DNA of 64,000 bases. It comes from Myxococcota bacterium (GTDB lineage: Bacteria; Myxococcota_A; UBA796; GCA-2862545). This document shows positions 21,471 to 31,153 of this stretch, piece by piece. A program made the translations under genes and the position numbers. Within the stretch, counting starts at the first letter, position 1; every line of letters begins with the position of its first letter. The stretch is taken from positions 27,889 to 91,888 of the forward strand of contig JBCCQY010000013.1 in NCBI GenBank assembly GCA_039208735.1, read 5' to 3'. The notes beneath the pieces are model-generated. The model was not told where the DNA came from. It saw nothing but the letters and a program-made list of their open reading frames with translations, and searched no databases.

Positions 21471-22141
21471 GACCCGTCCTGCAGGCGAACGATGTTCTCG
21501 AGGGGCACTGCAACACCCTGGATCGAGGGCATGGGCTGGCTCGTGCTGTAGTCCATCTCGTCGATGGTCCCGACCACAAGGGTGGAGACGGCAACGCTTT
21601 CACCCTCGACGTTGTTCGCCGAGATCGAAAAGGTGTAGTTGCCCTCGAGCGCTCGGGACCCGTCAATCCCCGTGCCGTCCCACGCGAGCGTAAATTCGCC
21701 TGCGTCGCGAGCCCCAATGTCGAGCGTTTGGACCACCCGACCCGTCTCGTCGGCGATGGTCACCGTCGCTTGCGAGAAGTTGTTTGCGGCGTCGAAGTGG
21801 AGGGTGGCGTCACCTTCTGCGCCCAAGCGCACCCCGTTCCCGCTGGCGACCACATCCGTGCCCAGCAGCGAGGCCATCGTCGCGTTGTTCATCGACGCGA
21901 CGCCGAAGTAGACCGACTCCATCGTCGACTGCAGGGCGAACAGTTGTTCGAGGCTCGAGAACTGGGCGAGCTGGGCCACGAACTCCTCGTTCTTCATCGG
22001 GTCGAGGGGGTCTTGGCGTTGAAGCTGCTCGGTTAGCAGCTTCAGGAAGGCATCTTGGCCGAGCGCGTTGTCCGTCGAGGGTTCGGGAGGAGCCAGTCCG
22101 GGAACGGATGGTGCGTCAACGGTCGGAACAATCGGGTCCAC
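21467..22141 (-). CDS. flgD: Flagellar hook capping protein
   Basis: 'LGQDAFLKLLTEQLQRQDPLDPM...FVAQLAQFSSLEQ', 'WDG'. Confidence 0.95.
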   Translation of the reverse strand: MDPIVPTVDAPSVPGLAPPEPSTDNALGQDAFLKLLTEQLQRQDPLDPMKNEEFVAQLAQFSSLEQLFALQSTMESVYFGVASMNNATMASLLGTDVVASGNGVRLGAEGDATLHFDAANNFSQATVTIADETGRVVQTLDIGARDAGEFTLAWDGTGIDGSRALEGNYTFSISANNVEGESVAVSTLVVGTIDEMDYSTSQPMPSIQGVAVPLENIVRLQDGS

Positions 22142-22160
22142 GACAATGTCCTGGTTGAGG

Positions 22161-23165
22161 TCAGGCCACGCCGTTGAAGAGCCGTCCCCGGTTGGAGGTG
22201 CGGCGCTGTTCGACGGCCGGCGTGTCCTTCAGATCGGCTTGGTTTGCCGAGCCTTGAGGTTTCGGGTCACGCCGCCGTTCGAACTGGGCAAAGCTGGACA
22301 GCGCGTGTTCACCGCCATCGGCGAACGCCTGCTCGAGGTCCAGTTCGACATCGCCGAGTTCCTCAAGGGCATCCCACGTGCCTTCCAGGCGGACGTCGAC
22401 CTCGCCCCGGCGTGCCTGGACTTCCACTGCGAGGTCTGGGTCGACCTCGACCCGGACGGTGCCATTTTCGAGATGCTCGAGATGCACGTCTTCCCAACGC
22501 TCGAACAGCGTGTCGTCGACGAGAGCGTCCCCTTCCATCGTCGCACCGTCGGCGGCTTCGAGAGGTTCGAGCGCATCCGGCGCCCGTGCCGTTTCGGCGG
22601 CCGCCAGATCGAATTGGGGAGTCGAGGCCGGCTTGACCTGGCTTCGGCGTCGGAAGGGAGTAGCGAACGCGCCATGGCGCAAGGGGTCGACCTCGACTGG
22701 CGCCTCGAGCCCAAAGCCCTCGGGGACATTGGAGGCCGAGGGCGTCAACGGGTCAAAAGCCGGCCCGAGTTCGGGCATTCCCGGCTGGGGGGTGGGCCGT
22801 GCGCCGCGGAGCGACAAGGGGCCTGAGACCTCGTTCAACATGGGCTGGTTGCGCATGAGTTGAGGCTGACCCGATGGACCGTCGTCGGGGCCCGCGGGTG
22901 CGCTGCTGGTGGTGGCATCTCCCCGTTGCGGAGGCGAAAACCGTGCCGGCTGGGTCGGCCAGATCCCCAGCCGGGCGCGTGGCTTCAGGTTCTCCTGTTC
23001 CATCGGGCGATCGGGGGTCATCTGCGCCGAAGGGAGCACCGAGCCCAGAATGGCGGCAAAACCCTGGTCATCGAGCGGGCCGTCGTGCGAGGCCGGCAGC
23101 GATTTAGCGCGGGCGGGCGAGAGGGTCTCGGGAGCAGCTCCGAGAAGGGCAAGCACGGCGGTCAT
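22161..23165 (-). CDS. Putative flagellar hook-length control protein (FliK-like)
   Basis: Sits just upstream of flgD; Pro-rich low-complexity N-terminus and a short beta-rich C-terminal domain; sequence support is weak. Confidence 0.5.
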   Translation of the reverse strand: MTAVLALLGAAPETLSPARAKSLPASHDGPLDDQGFAAILGSVLPSAQMTPDRPMEQENLKPRARLGIWPTQPARFSPPQRGDATTSSAPAGPDDGPSGQPQLMRNQPMLNEVSGPLSLRGARPTPQPGMPELGPAFDPLTPSASNVPEGFGLEAPVEVDPLRHGAFATPFRRRSQVKPASTPQFDLAAAETARAPDALEPLEAADGATMEGDALVDDTLFERWEDVHLEHLENGTVRVEVDPDLAVEVQARRGEVDVRLEGTWDALEELGDVELDLEQAFADGGEHALSSFAQFERRRDPKPQGSANQADLKDTPAVEQRRTSNRGRLFNGVA

Positions 23166-23683
23166 GGGTTCGTGTCCAAAGGAATGGGGGCAGTGAGTTG
23201 CTCGGCCAGGCGTGCGGCTTTGGCCGGGGGCATCGCCGCGAGAATCTTGGCCGCCTTGGCGGGCTGCATGCGGTCGAGAAGGTCTACGGCGAGGGTGTCG
23301 TCCATGGCCGCGATGAATGGCCCGGATTGTTTCGACCTCATCTTTTCGGCCATTTCGGTGACCGCTTGACGACGACGTTCCTCAATCTCGTCGAGAGCGG
23401 CGAGCTTGGCGTCGATTTCCGAGCGTAAGGCCTCCATTTCGACGAGTCGGACTTCGAGGCGTTGCTCGGCTTCTCGAAGGTCCGCCTCGCGGTCGGCGAT
23501 GGAGGCTTGACGTCGTTGGAGGGCTCGGTCTCGCGCATTGAGTCGGCCTGCGAGTTCCTGCAAGCCGGCTCCGATGGAACGCCGTGGGTTGATCACCCCA
23601 TCGCCAGACGATTCGGCGAAGGCGAGGGTCCCGCTTCCAATGACCGCACCCATCAGCAATGCGGCGATGAGCTTTGCCTTCAT
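23162..23683 (-). CDS. MotE/FlbB/YlxF-like flagellar protein
   Basis: N-terminal TM, coiled coil, MgtE-N-like end 'MQPAKAAKILAAMPPAKAARL'. Confidence 0.75.
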   Translation of the reverse strand: MKAKLIAALLMGAVIGSGTLAFAESSGDGVINPRRSIGAGLQELAGRLNARDRALQRRQASIADREADLREAEQRLEVRLVEMEALRSEIDAKLAALDEIEERRRQAVTEMAEKMRSKQSGPFIAAMDDTLAVDLLDRMQPAKAAKILAAMPPAKAARLAEQLTAPIPLDTNP

Positions 23684-24114
23684 CAGTGGTTCTCCGTGAA
23701 CTGCCGTCGCAGCCAGACCTGCAGGCCAGCCTCGTCGAGGTGGCGCTGGTCGCGGCGCTGGCGGTCATCGGCCAAGGTTTCGTCGAGGCGGTCGGCGTAG
23801 CGTTCGGTGGTCTCGACACGGCGAGCCGCATCGACGAGCGACTGACGCCGCTGCTCGACAAAGTCATCGATAGGAATGGCTTGCGCCGCCAAACTGCGAC
23901 GACGCATTTCCTGGCGCAGGGTGTAGGCATGGCACCGCATCAGATCATCGGCATCGGTCGAACGGATGAGCCGCGTGTCGTGCAGGTGGCTCTCACACGC
24001 CTTGAGTGCAGCATCATGGTCCATCTGGACGCGCTGGGCGCTCGCGAATTCGGACCGTGCTTGGTCCCGCTGGATTCGTTGAATCCGAGCCAGTCGCCTC
24101 AGCGTTTTCGTCAT
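23683..24114 (-). CDS. fliJ: FliJ-like flagellar export chaperone
   Basis: ~143-aa coiled coil with C-terminal 'DQRHLDE'; conserved position before motE/fliK/flgD. Confidence 0.6.
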   Translation of the reverse strand: MTKTLRRLARIQRIQRDQARSEFASAQRVQMDHDAALKACESHLHDTRLIRSTDADDLMRCHAYTLRQEMRRRSLAAQAIPIDDFVEQRRQSLVDAARRVETTERYADRLDETLADDRQRRDQRHLDEAGLQVWLRRQFTENH

Positions 24115-24133
24115 GCATCCTCCGCCAGGAGAC

Positions 24134-24160
24134 GCATCGGTTCCGCGAACCCCGACTTGA
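24134..24160 (-). promoter_or_regulatory. Sigma28-like promoter upstream of fliJ
   Basis: Minus strand TCAAG-N14-ACCGATGC, about 20 nt before the ATG. Confidence 0.6.
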
Positions 24161-24306
24161 GGCAGTCCTACGCCGGGCAACACCCCTTCTTGCCGGAATT
24201 GGAGAATGCGAGCCGTCGATGACCTTGAAGTCGGGTCGAACTTGCGCCTGCATCACAGTGTCATGAATTGTCATGCGTCGGGATGTGTTCCCTCAGAGTC
24301 ACGTCT

Positions 24307-24801
24307 ATGGCCGATCCTAGAACGGTGAGTGATGACCTGAGGCGATATGTCGAAGACCTGGCGCTGTTCTACGAAGCGGCGGGCCTGCCCCGGATTGCGG
24401 GACGAATCCTCGGGCTGCTGCTGGTCTGCGAACCGCCTCATCGCACGGCGGCCCAGCTCATCGAGGAGTTGGGAGCCAGCAAGGCGAGCGTGAGCCAGAT
24501 GACGCGCCTGCTTGTATCGGCAGGACTCATCGAGCGGTTTGCTCAACGGGGGGAGCGGGCCAGCTACTTCCGCATTCGAGACGATGGCTTTGAGACCCTG
24601 TTCGAGCGAGAGATTGCGACCATTCGGGGGTTTGGGCCCATCGCAGATCGCGGACTCGCCCTGTTGGGTCCTGAAGCGGGCGACCGTGGGTCACGACTGC
24701 GCGCTTTACGGGCGTTGTATCGGTTCTTCGAAGAGGCCATGCCCGACCTCATCGATCGCTGGCGACGGGAGCGCGACGAACGGATTGCCAACGAAGATTA
24801 G
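24307..24801 (+). CDS. MarR/GbsR family transcriptional regulator
   Basis: 'GLPRIAGRILGLLL', HTH 'LGASKASVSQMTRLL', wing 'GERASYF'. Confidence 0.88.
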   Translation: MADPRTVSDDLRRYVEDLALFYEAAGLPRIAGRILGLLLVCEPPHRTAAQLIEELGASKASVSQMTRLLVSAGLIERFAQRGERASYFRIRDDGFETLFEREIATIRGFGPIADRGLALLGPEAGDRGSRLRALRALYRFFEEAMPDLIDRWRRERDERIANED

Positions 24802-27800
24802 GCATCCAGCGCGTCTTGTACGGCCCGCACGAGGTCTTCCTGGGCGAACGGTTTGCGTAAGAAGGGCATGCGACCGAGTGACTCATCCAAGTCGTCGAGC
24901 AGCCCGTCGGGGTGCCCAGACATGAAGATGACGGGCAGCTCGGGGTGCCGGGACCGAGCCTGCCTCAGCACTTCCGGTCCGTTGGCCCCGGGCATCACCA
25001 CATCGGTGACCAGGACATCGATGGGTTCACGCTCCAGGATGGCCAGGGTTTCGCCAAGGCTGCTCGCAAGGTGGGGGATCCAATCGAGGCTTGCCACCAG
25101 GCGGCCGAGCGAGCGGGCCACGTCGTGCTGGTCGTCTACGAGCAAGACCCGCAGCGCTTTGGGTCGTTGGGGTTCCTCGAGGGGGCGCGGGGGCAGCGAC
25201 GGAGGGGCATGGGCGGGCTCGGGCACCAATGGAAGAAGTACGGTCATGCAGGTGCCTACGCCAACCTCGCTGTGCACTTCAATGTCACCGCCGGCTTCCG
25301 AGACCGCTCCTTGCACGGTGGCGAGTCCGAGGCCCGTGCCACGGCTTGCGGTTTTGGTCGTGAAGTAGGGCTCGAAGAGGTGGGTGACCTCGGGAGCCGT
25401 GATGCCCACCCCATCATCTTCGACGGTCAGCACGGCCCACTCCTCATCGCGCTGGGTGACGCGGATCTGGATGATGCCGGGGCCCTCGATGGCATCTCGG
25501 CCGTTGACGACCAGGTTCGTCACGATTTGGTCCAGTCGGCCGCGGTCGATGCTGACCCACACCGGATCGGCCGCCTCCACGCGTAGCTCGATGTCTTCGC
25601 GGATCAGGCGGCTCAAGAGGGGGAGAAAGCGACGCATCGCCCGGCCTAGTTCGATGACCTGAGGCTTCGTGGGGGACTTTCGGCCGACGACCAACAGCCG
25701 TCGTGTCAGCGTGGCGGCGCGCTCGACGGTGCGTCCTAGGGAGTCGGCGGCTTGCCGAACGGGCGGATCGAGGTGGGACTGCAGTTGGGAGGCGTGGCTT
25801 GACACGATGGTGAGCAGGTTGTTGAAGTCGTGGGCAATGCCTCCGGCGAGACGTCCGATGGCCTCGAGGCGACGGCTATCGTGCAGGGCTTGTTGCGCCT
25901 TCTCACGAACCGCTTGCTCCTTGCGCAGCGCGCGTTCCGCCCGTTTCCGGACCCCAATCTCGGCGGTGAGCGCCTGATTGTGCCGGCGTGTGGTCCACCA
26001 GGCCGCCCATAGTCCCAGTGCGACGGCACCGACGAGGCCCACGGGCAGTCCCACCTGGAACGCGAGGGTCTCGGGGGTGGCTGCGACCCGCTCGAACGAC
26101 ACGCCCACCGGCTCGCTGGCGATGCCAGATGGGCCGATGGCCCGGACCTCAAACCGATAGTGGCCGGGCTCCAACGACCAGTAGAGGTGTCGCGCGGTTG
26201 TCGGGTCGGACCAGTGATCGTCCCGACCGACGAGGCGGTAGCGGTACCGCACTGCGCGTGGGTCATGAAATTGGGTCGCGACGAACCCCACGGCAAACCC
26301 ATCTTCGCCCGGACCTCCGCGGGAGGGGGAGGCCGAGAGGAGGTCGAGGTCGCCCAACCGCACGTCTCGAAACTTGATGACCGGGGGGGAGCGAGGAAAC
26401 ACCTGGTTGGGATCAACTTCCGCGAGACCGGCGATGGTCGGCGCCCAGAGGTGGCCATCCGCACCCAACACGCCAGACGCACCATTGGCTTCGCCCGAAT
26501 CGAGCAGGGTGCAGGTGACGGTACGGTCGGAATGCAGCAACGCGGCGCGGAGTTCGTCCTCGTTCACCCGCCCTAAACCACGGTTCGTGTTGAACCACAA
26601 GGTTCCATCGGCGGTGTCGAAGATGTGGGACAGCGCGTAGTCGCACATGCCGCGTCGGGGCGTGATGGCCCCGATGACCCGGCTTCCCTCTGCGCCCAGC
26701 AACCCCGCACCGTAGGTGCTGAGCCACAGCATGTCGGGACGTTCCAGCACGTCGCGGACCGGTGCATTGCCGACCAGGGCGACCTGCCGAACCACTCGGC
26801 CGTGGCGGAGCTGAAGGAGCGTCGTGTCGTCGAGCACCACCCACAGCTCACCGGGGCGTACGCCCGTGATGGGGCGAATCCGCGTTCCGCCAAGGTCGGT
26901 GGCGGTCGTTACGGGTTTTATTCCTCCGGTTTCCAAAATCTCAAACAGGGTTTGGTCATAGACGAACCAAGGCCCCTGTTGAGGGATGAACAGCCGTTCG
27001 GGAGGGCTGATCGGAAGCTCGGCTACGACCTGCCACTGCTCCCCACGGAATTGGAGGATGATGGCGTCTCCACGTTCGCGGTCGATCGTGCGGACGAAGA
27101 CCTTGCCGCGATCATCCGCCCACGGCATCGTGCATCGTCGGAAGCTCGTTCCTGGCGGAATGGGGGGCATCGGTTTGCCCAGCCGCTCGAGTTTGCTGTC
27201 GCACGTGCCAATCCAGAGCGTGTCGGCCGCGTCACGCGCGACGGAGCCAATGCTGCGGTTGGGAAGGTGGATGTCGACCGGTGCGCGGTCGATCCGCCAC
27301 AGGCCACCGCCGTCCAAGCCGAGCCACAGCCCCCCTTCTTGATCGATGAGGTGAGAGCGAACCAAGGTGTCGGGCAGCGGAAGCTGCGTAGCATTGCCAC
27401 GGCTTGGCCAGACCTTGCCTTGGAGGACGAGCCAACTCTGCGCTTGCCAGGCGAACGAGAACCCGATGAGCATCGCGTTGGTCGGGTCTGTGTGCTGCTC
27501 GAGCCAACGGCGTTGCATGGGGTCGAAATGGTAGGCGCCGTTGATTCCGTGCAGCCAGAGGCGCCCATCCTCATCCTGACCGACGCGCTGCAGGGGTCCA
27601 ACGCGGGGGTCGGGGGGGATGGGGAGGCATGCGGTTGGCGCCGTGGGGCACTGCCACGGCATCTCGAAGCCGCTGCCCACAACCTGACCGTTGTCGAGCT
27701 TAGCGAGCGCCCAAAGGCGCCCGGTTTCGATCGGGATGCGGCGGGGCGGCTCGGCGGACAGTTCGACGAATGCGTGAGGCGTAGCGGCCCATACTCGGCC

Positions 27801-28166
27801 TTCACCATCGACGGCCAAGTCCGAGATGACCTCGCGAGGCCCCAGTCGGGTGAAGCGTCCGTTGCGTAGGCGGTAGGCACCCCGGTTTTCGGAGCCGAAC
27901 CACAGGGTGCCGTCAGGAGACTCGGCCACCGTGACGAACCGGTTGGCATCTAGCCCTTCTGTGTTCGCCGGTGTGAAGTGGCGAAACTCGAACCCATCGA
28001 ACCGTGCGATGCCCCCAAACGTCGTGAGCCAGATGTCGCCGTCGCGAGACTGAACGAGGTCGGTCACGGAGTTCTGAGGCAGGCCCTCGCGCATCGTCCA
28101 CCGATCGACACGCCACCGGGGCTCGGCGGCGAGGCCCAACGCCACGAGGAGCCACCAACTGGTCAT
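24798..28166 (-). CDS. Hybrid sensor histidine kinase (Reg_prop/Y_Y_Y propeller sensor, HisKA, HATPase, REC)
   Basis: 'GLPQNSV...DG.IW..TFGG..RFDG', 'YRYRLVG', 'GGIAHDFNNLL', 'NLVVNGRDA', 'GTGLGL', 'LVTDVVMPG'. Confidence 0.92.
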   Translation of the reverse strand: MTSWWLLVALGLAAEPRWRVDRWTMREGLPQNSVTDLVQSRDGDIWLTTFGGIARFDGFEFRHFTPANTEGLDANRFVTVAESPDGTLWFGSENRGAYRLRNGRFTRLGPREVISDLAVDGEGRVWAATPHAFVELSAEPPRRIPIETGRLWALAKLDNGQVVGSGFEMPWQCPTAPTACLPIPPDPRVGPLQRVGQDEDGRLWLHGINGAYHFDPMQRRWLEQHTDPTNAMLIGFSFAWQAQSWLVLQGKVWPSRGNATQLPLPDTLVRSHLIDQEGGLWLGLDGGGLWRIDRAPVDIHLPNRSIGSVARDAADTLWIGTCDSKLERLGKPMPPIPPGTSFRRCTMPWADDRGKVFVRTIDRERGDAIILQFRGEQWQVVAELPISPPERLFIPQQGPWFVYDQTLFEILETGGIKPVTTATDLGGTRIRPITGVRPGELWVVLDDTTLLQLRHGRVVRQVALVGNAPVRDVLERPDMLWLSTYGAGLLGAEGSRVIGAITPRRGMCDYALSHIFDTADGTLWFNTNRGLGRVNEDELRAALLHSDRTVTCTLLDSGEANGASGVLGADGHLWAPTIAGLAEVDPNQVFPRSPPVIKFRDVRLGDLDLLSASPSRGGPGEDGFAVGFVATQFHDPRAVRYRYRLVGRDDHWSDPTTARHLYWSLEPGHYRFEVRAIGPSGIASEPVGVSFERVAATPETLAFQVGLPVGLVGAVALGLWAAWWTTRRHNQALTAEIGVRKRAERALRKEQAVREKAQQALHDSRRLEAIGRLAGGIAHDFNNLLTIVSSHASQLQSHLDPPVRQAADSLGRTVERAATLTRRLLVVGRKSPTKPQVIELGRAMRRFLPLLSRLIREDIELRVEAADPVWVSIDRGRLDQIVTNLVVNGRDAIEGPGIIQIRVTQRDEEWAVLTVEDDGVGITAPEVTHLFEPYFTTKTASRGTGLGLATVQGAVSEAGGDIEVHSEVGVGTCMTVLLPLVPEPAHAPPSLPPRPLEEPQRPKALRVLLVDDQHDVARSLGRLVASLDWIPHLASSLGETLAILEREPIDVLVTDVVMPGANGPEVLRQARSRHPELPVIFMSGHPDGLLDDLDESLGRMPFLRKPFAQEDLVRAVQDALDA

Positions 28167-28179
28167 AAAGCCATGCGAC

Positions 28180-28206
28180 TCAAGTCGACCCAAGACCGAC
28201 CGATTG
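28180..28206 (+). promoter_or_regulatory. Sigma28-like promoter upstream of flhA
   Basis: TCAAG-N14-ACCGATTG, 22 nt before ATG 28229. Confidence 0.6.
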
Positions 28207-28228
28207 CCGCCCCACGGAGGGGTTCGCC

Positions 28229-30292
28229 ATGTCGTGGTGGGAGCGACTGCAAGATCATGGCGATGCCATGCTGGCCATCGGGTTGTTCGGGCTGCTTGGG
28301 ATCATGGTGGTGCCGCTGCCTCCCGTGCTTCTCGACATGCTGCTCGCCTTGTCGATCTGCTTTTCCCTGCTGCTGTTTCTCGCTGCCCTTTATGCAACGA
28401 AAGCAGTCGAGTTTAGCGTGTTCCCGACGTTACTCCTCGTGGCCACCGTCTTTCGGCTCGCGTTGAACGTGGCCAGTACGCGGCTCATCTTGCTGAACGG
28501 CAGTTTTGGGAGTCACGCAGCCGGAAGGATCATCGAGACCTTTGGGCAGTTCGTCGTGGGCGGAAACTACATTGTTGGCGCGGTGGTGTTCACCATCCTT
28601 GTGCTGATCAATTTCGTCGTCATCACGAAGGGTTCGGGTCGAATTGCCGAGGTCGCGGCCAGGTTCACGCTCGATGCGATGCCCGGCAAGCAGATGGCCG
28701 TGGATGCGGAGCTGAACGCGGGCCTGATCGATGAAAAAGAGGCGCGGAAGCGTCGATCGGACATCACGCAGGAGGCGGACTTCTACGGCGCCATGGATGG
28801 GGCGTCGAAGTTCATCCGGGGCGATGCGATTGCCGGGATCATCATCACCATCGTCAACGTGGTGGGAGGCGCGCTGATCGGCTCCTTTCAGCAGGGGATG
28901 CCTCTCGCCGAGGCGGCTTCCACCTACACCATTCTCACGATTGGGGATGGGCTCGCCGGACAGGTCCCTGCGCTCATCGTCAGTACCGCGGCGGGGTTGT
29001 TGGTCACCCGGGTCGACGACACGAACGGGTTGAACCTGCACCGACAGATTCGCAGCCAGCTCTTCGACAATCCGCGGGTGTTGGGGGTTGGCGCCGTGTT
29101 GCTGGCGGGCATCGCGATGATTCCCGGCTTGCGCGTTCCGTTCCTCATCGGTGCGCTCACCCTGGGCTTCATGGCGTGGCAAATGCGAGACGGGCCGGCG
29201 CCGGCTCCCCCGCCGGCCGAAGAGACCGAGGCCAGGCGCTCTGATGAGCTGCATCCCGAGGAACTCCTGCCCGTCGAACCGCTGGCCGTCGAGGTGGCGG
29301 TCGATCTGCTGTACCTCGTCGACGAACGCCATGGGGGCGAGCTACTGAAACGTATTCAGAAGGTTCGAAGTCAGTTCGCGAAGGACCTTGGGCTTGTTCT
29401 GCCTCCCGTCCACCTTCGCGACAACCTCGACCTCGACAATGGGCAGTACGCGGTGTTGTTGCGGGGGGAGCGCATTGCGACCGGCCAAATCCAGCCGCGT
29501 GCCCATTTGGCCCTGGACTCGGGAGGGGCCAGCTCGCCGTTACAAGGCATCGCCACGACAGACCCCGTGTTTGGATTGCCGGCCTATTGGATCATGGACC
29601 GTACGGTCCTCGATGCACGAGCCAAGGGCTACACCGTCGTCGATGCGCCCACCGTCGTGACGACCCACTTGGTGGAACTGATGTCGGCCTTTGGGCATGA
29701 GCTGTATGACGGCGCCCAACTCGATGCGGCCCTGGAGCGCGTCCAAGCCGCGAATCCCAAGCTGGTCGACGACCTGATTCCGGACCCCTTGCCGGCCAAC
29801 CTGGTGCTCAAGGTGTGTCGGAATCTCTTGAAGGAAGGGCTGTCGGTCCGTGACCTACAGACGATTCTCGAGGCGTTGGCGGACTACGCAGGGCGTACGC
29901 GCGACCCCGAAGTGCTAACGGAATTCGTCCGGCAACGAATGGCCCGGCACATCACAGGGCGCTTCGCTCACGAAGGCGTCGTTCGCGTCGTCCAGCTGGG
30001 CCCTTCGGCCGAGGATGCGGTGTTGCGCGGCCTTCAGGCCACCGACGGTTCGACGCCCAACTTGCAACTGCCCCCCAACCAGGCGCGTGACCTCATTCTG
30101 GGCATTCGTGACCAGGTCGAGCGCTATGCGGGGCCTGGGCAAGCCGTGGTGATGTGTCCCCCGTTGGCGCGGGGCGCGTTGCGTCGTTTGGTTGAACGGG
30201 CGTTGCCTCGCGTGGCCGTGCTTTCGAGTGCGGAGCTGCTGCCTGAGGTACGCCTGGAGCCGGTCGGGCGAGTGGAACTCAAGTCGGCATGA
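28229..30292 (+). CDS. flhA: Flagellar export gate protein FlhA
   Basis: 'FSVFPTLLL..T.FRLALNVASTRLIL', 'RIAEVAARFTLDAMPGKQM', 'DFYGAMDGASKF', 'DPVFGLPAYWI'. Confidence 0.96.
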   Translation: MSWWERLQDHGDAMLAIGLFGLLGIMVVPLPPVLLDMLLALSICFSLLLFLAALYATKAVEFSVFPTLLLVATVFRLALNVASTRLILLNGSFGSHAAGRIIETFGQFVVGGNYIVGAVVFTILVLINFVVITKGSGRIAEVAARFTLDAMPGKQMAVDAELNAGLIDEKEARKRRSDITQEADFYGAMDGASKFIRGDAIAGIIITIVNVVGGALIGSFQQGMPLAEAASTYTILTIGDGLAGQVPALIVSTAAGLLVTRVDDTNGLNLHRQIRSQLFDNPRVLGVGAVLLAGIAMIPGLRVPFLIGALTLGFMAWQMRDGPAPAPPPAEETEARRSDELHPEELLPVEPLAVEVAVDLLYLVDERHGGELLKRIQKVRSQFAKDLGLVLPPVHLRDNLDLDNGQYAVLLRGERIATGQIQPRAHLALDSGGASSPLQGIATTDPVFGLPAYWIMDRTVLDARAKGYTVVDAPTVVTTHLVELMSAFGHELYDGAQLDAALERVQAANPKLVDDLIPDPLPANLVLKVCRNLLKEGLSVRDLQTILEALADYAGRTRDPEVLTEFVRQRMARHITGRFAHEGVVRVVQLGPSAEDAVLRGLQATDGSTPNLQLPPNQARDLILGIRDQVERYAGPGQAVVMCPPLARGALRRLVERALPRVAVLSSAELLPEVRLEPVGRVELKSA

Positions 30293-30325
30293 CCCTTGGC
30301 GTGACGCAGGCGCGACGCGGCGGGC

Positions 30326-30352
30326 TCAAGAGGCGGTCCAGCCTACCGAACA
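30326..30352 (+). promoter_or_regulatory. Sigma28-like promoter upstream of fliA
   Basis: TCAAG-N14-ACCGAACA, 24 nt before GTG 30377. Confidence 0.6.
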
Positions 30353-30376
30353 TCAGGACGTCGAACGGAGAGTCCT

Positions 30377-31153
30377 GTGACCGGAGCGCGCGCCTACCAA
30401 AGTGCAAGCCCCCAACGCCTCGTTGAGGGCATGACGAGAGAGCAAATCTGCGTCAAGTACCACGACAAGGTCTTCCTCGTGGCGCGACGCATTCACGAAC
30501 GCCTGTCTCGGAATGCGACCGTGCAGGTGGATGACATGGTTGCTTGGGGGTCCATCGGACTCCTCGAAGCGTTCGAACGCTACGATGCGAGCAAGGGCGT
30601 ACGGTTCTCGACGTATGCCGAACATCGCATTCGAGGCACCATCTACGACGCCTTGCGGGCGAGAGATACCTCGACCCGGCGTCGGCGTGACCTTGCCAAG
30701 CGCATCGAAGCCGCCCGCGTGCGGTTGATGCGACGGAACGGGGAAGAGCCTGAGCCCGAGGCCATCGCCACCGAACTCGGCATCGATCTGGAGCGCTACT
30801 GGAGCGCCATCGAGGCGACCAAACAAATCAGCGTCATCAGCTACGACACCCCTGACGAAGAGGGTCGGCCCCTGATGGAGGTCCTGTCCGACCCGGAGGC
30901 ATCGAGCGCTGAACAGCGATTGCTGGCCAACGAAGTAAAGGTCGAATTGCGCCGCGCCATCGAGGACCTTCCGGAACGGCAGCGTCACTGCCTGATGATG
31001 TACTACGACCGCGAAATGTCGCTCGCCGAAATCGGCGAGGTCTACTCGGTCAGCGTGAGCCGCATTTCGCAGATTCTGTCGGAGGCGCGAGGCCGCCTTC
31101 GCCGCCGGCTGCGGACGGTGATCGATCCGACCGATTTGCAGGGGAAGGAATGA
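30377..31153 (+). CDS. fliA: RNA polymerase sigma-28 factor
   Basis: 'DDMVAWGSIGLLEA.ERYD..KGVRFSTYA.HRIRGTIYDALR'; region 4 'EIGEVYSVSVSRISQI'. Confidence 0.92.
   Translation: MTGARAYQSASPQRLVEGMTREQICVKYHDKVFLVARRIHERLSRNATVQVDDMVAWGSIGLLEAFERYDASKGVRFSTYAEHRIRGTIYDALRARDTSTRRRRDLAKRIEAARVRLMRRNGEEPEPEAIATELGIDLERYWSAIEATKQISVISYDTPDEEGRPLMEVLSDPEASSAEQRLLANEVKVELRRAIEDLPERQRHCLMMYYDREMSLAEIGEVYSVSVSRISQILSEARGRLRRRLRTVIDPTDLQGKE

Noticed and set aside
28229..30292. Injectisome SctV rather than flagellar FlhA
   Set aside because: The neighbours are hook, rod, L-ring and sigma28 genes
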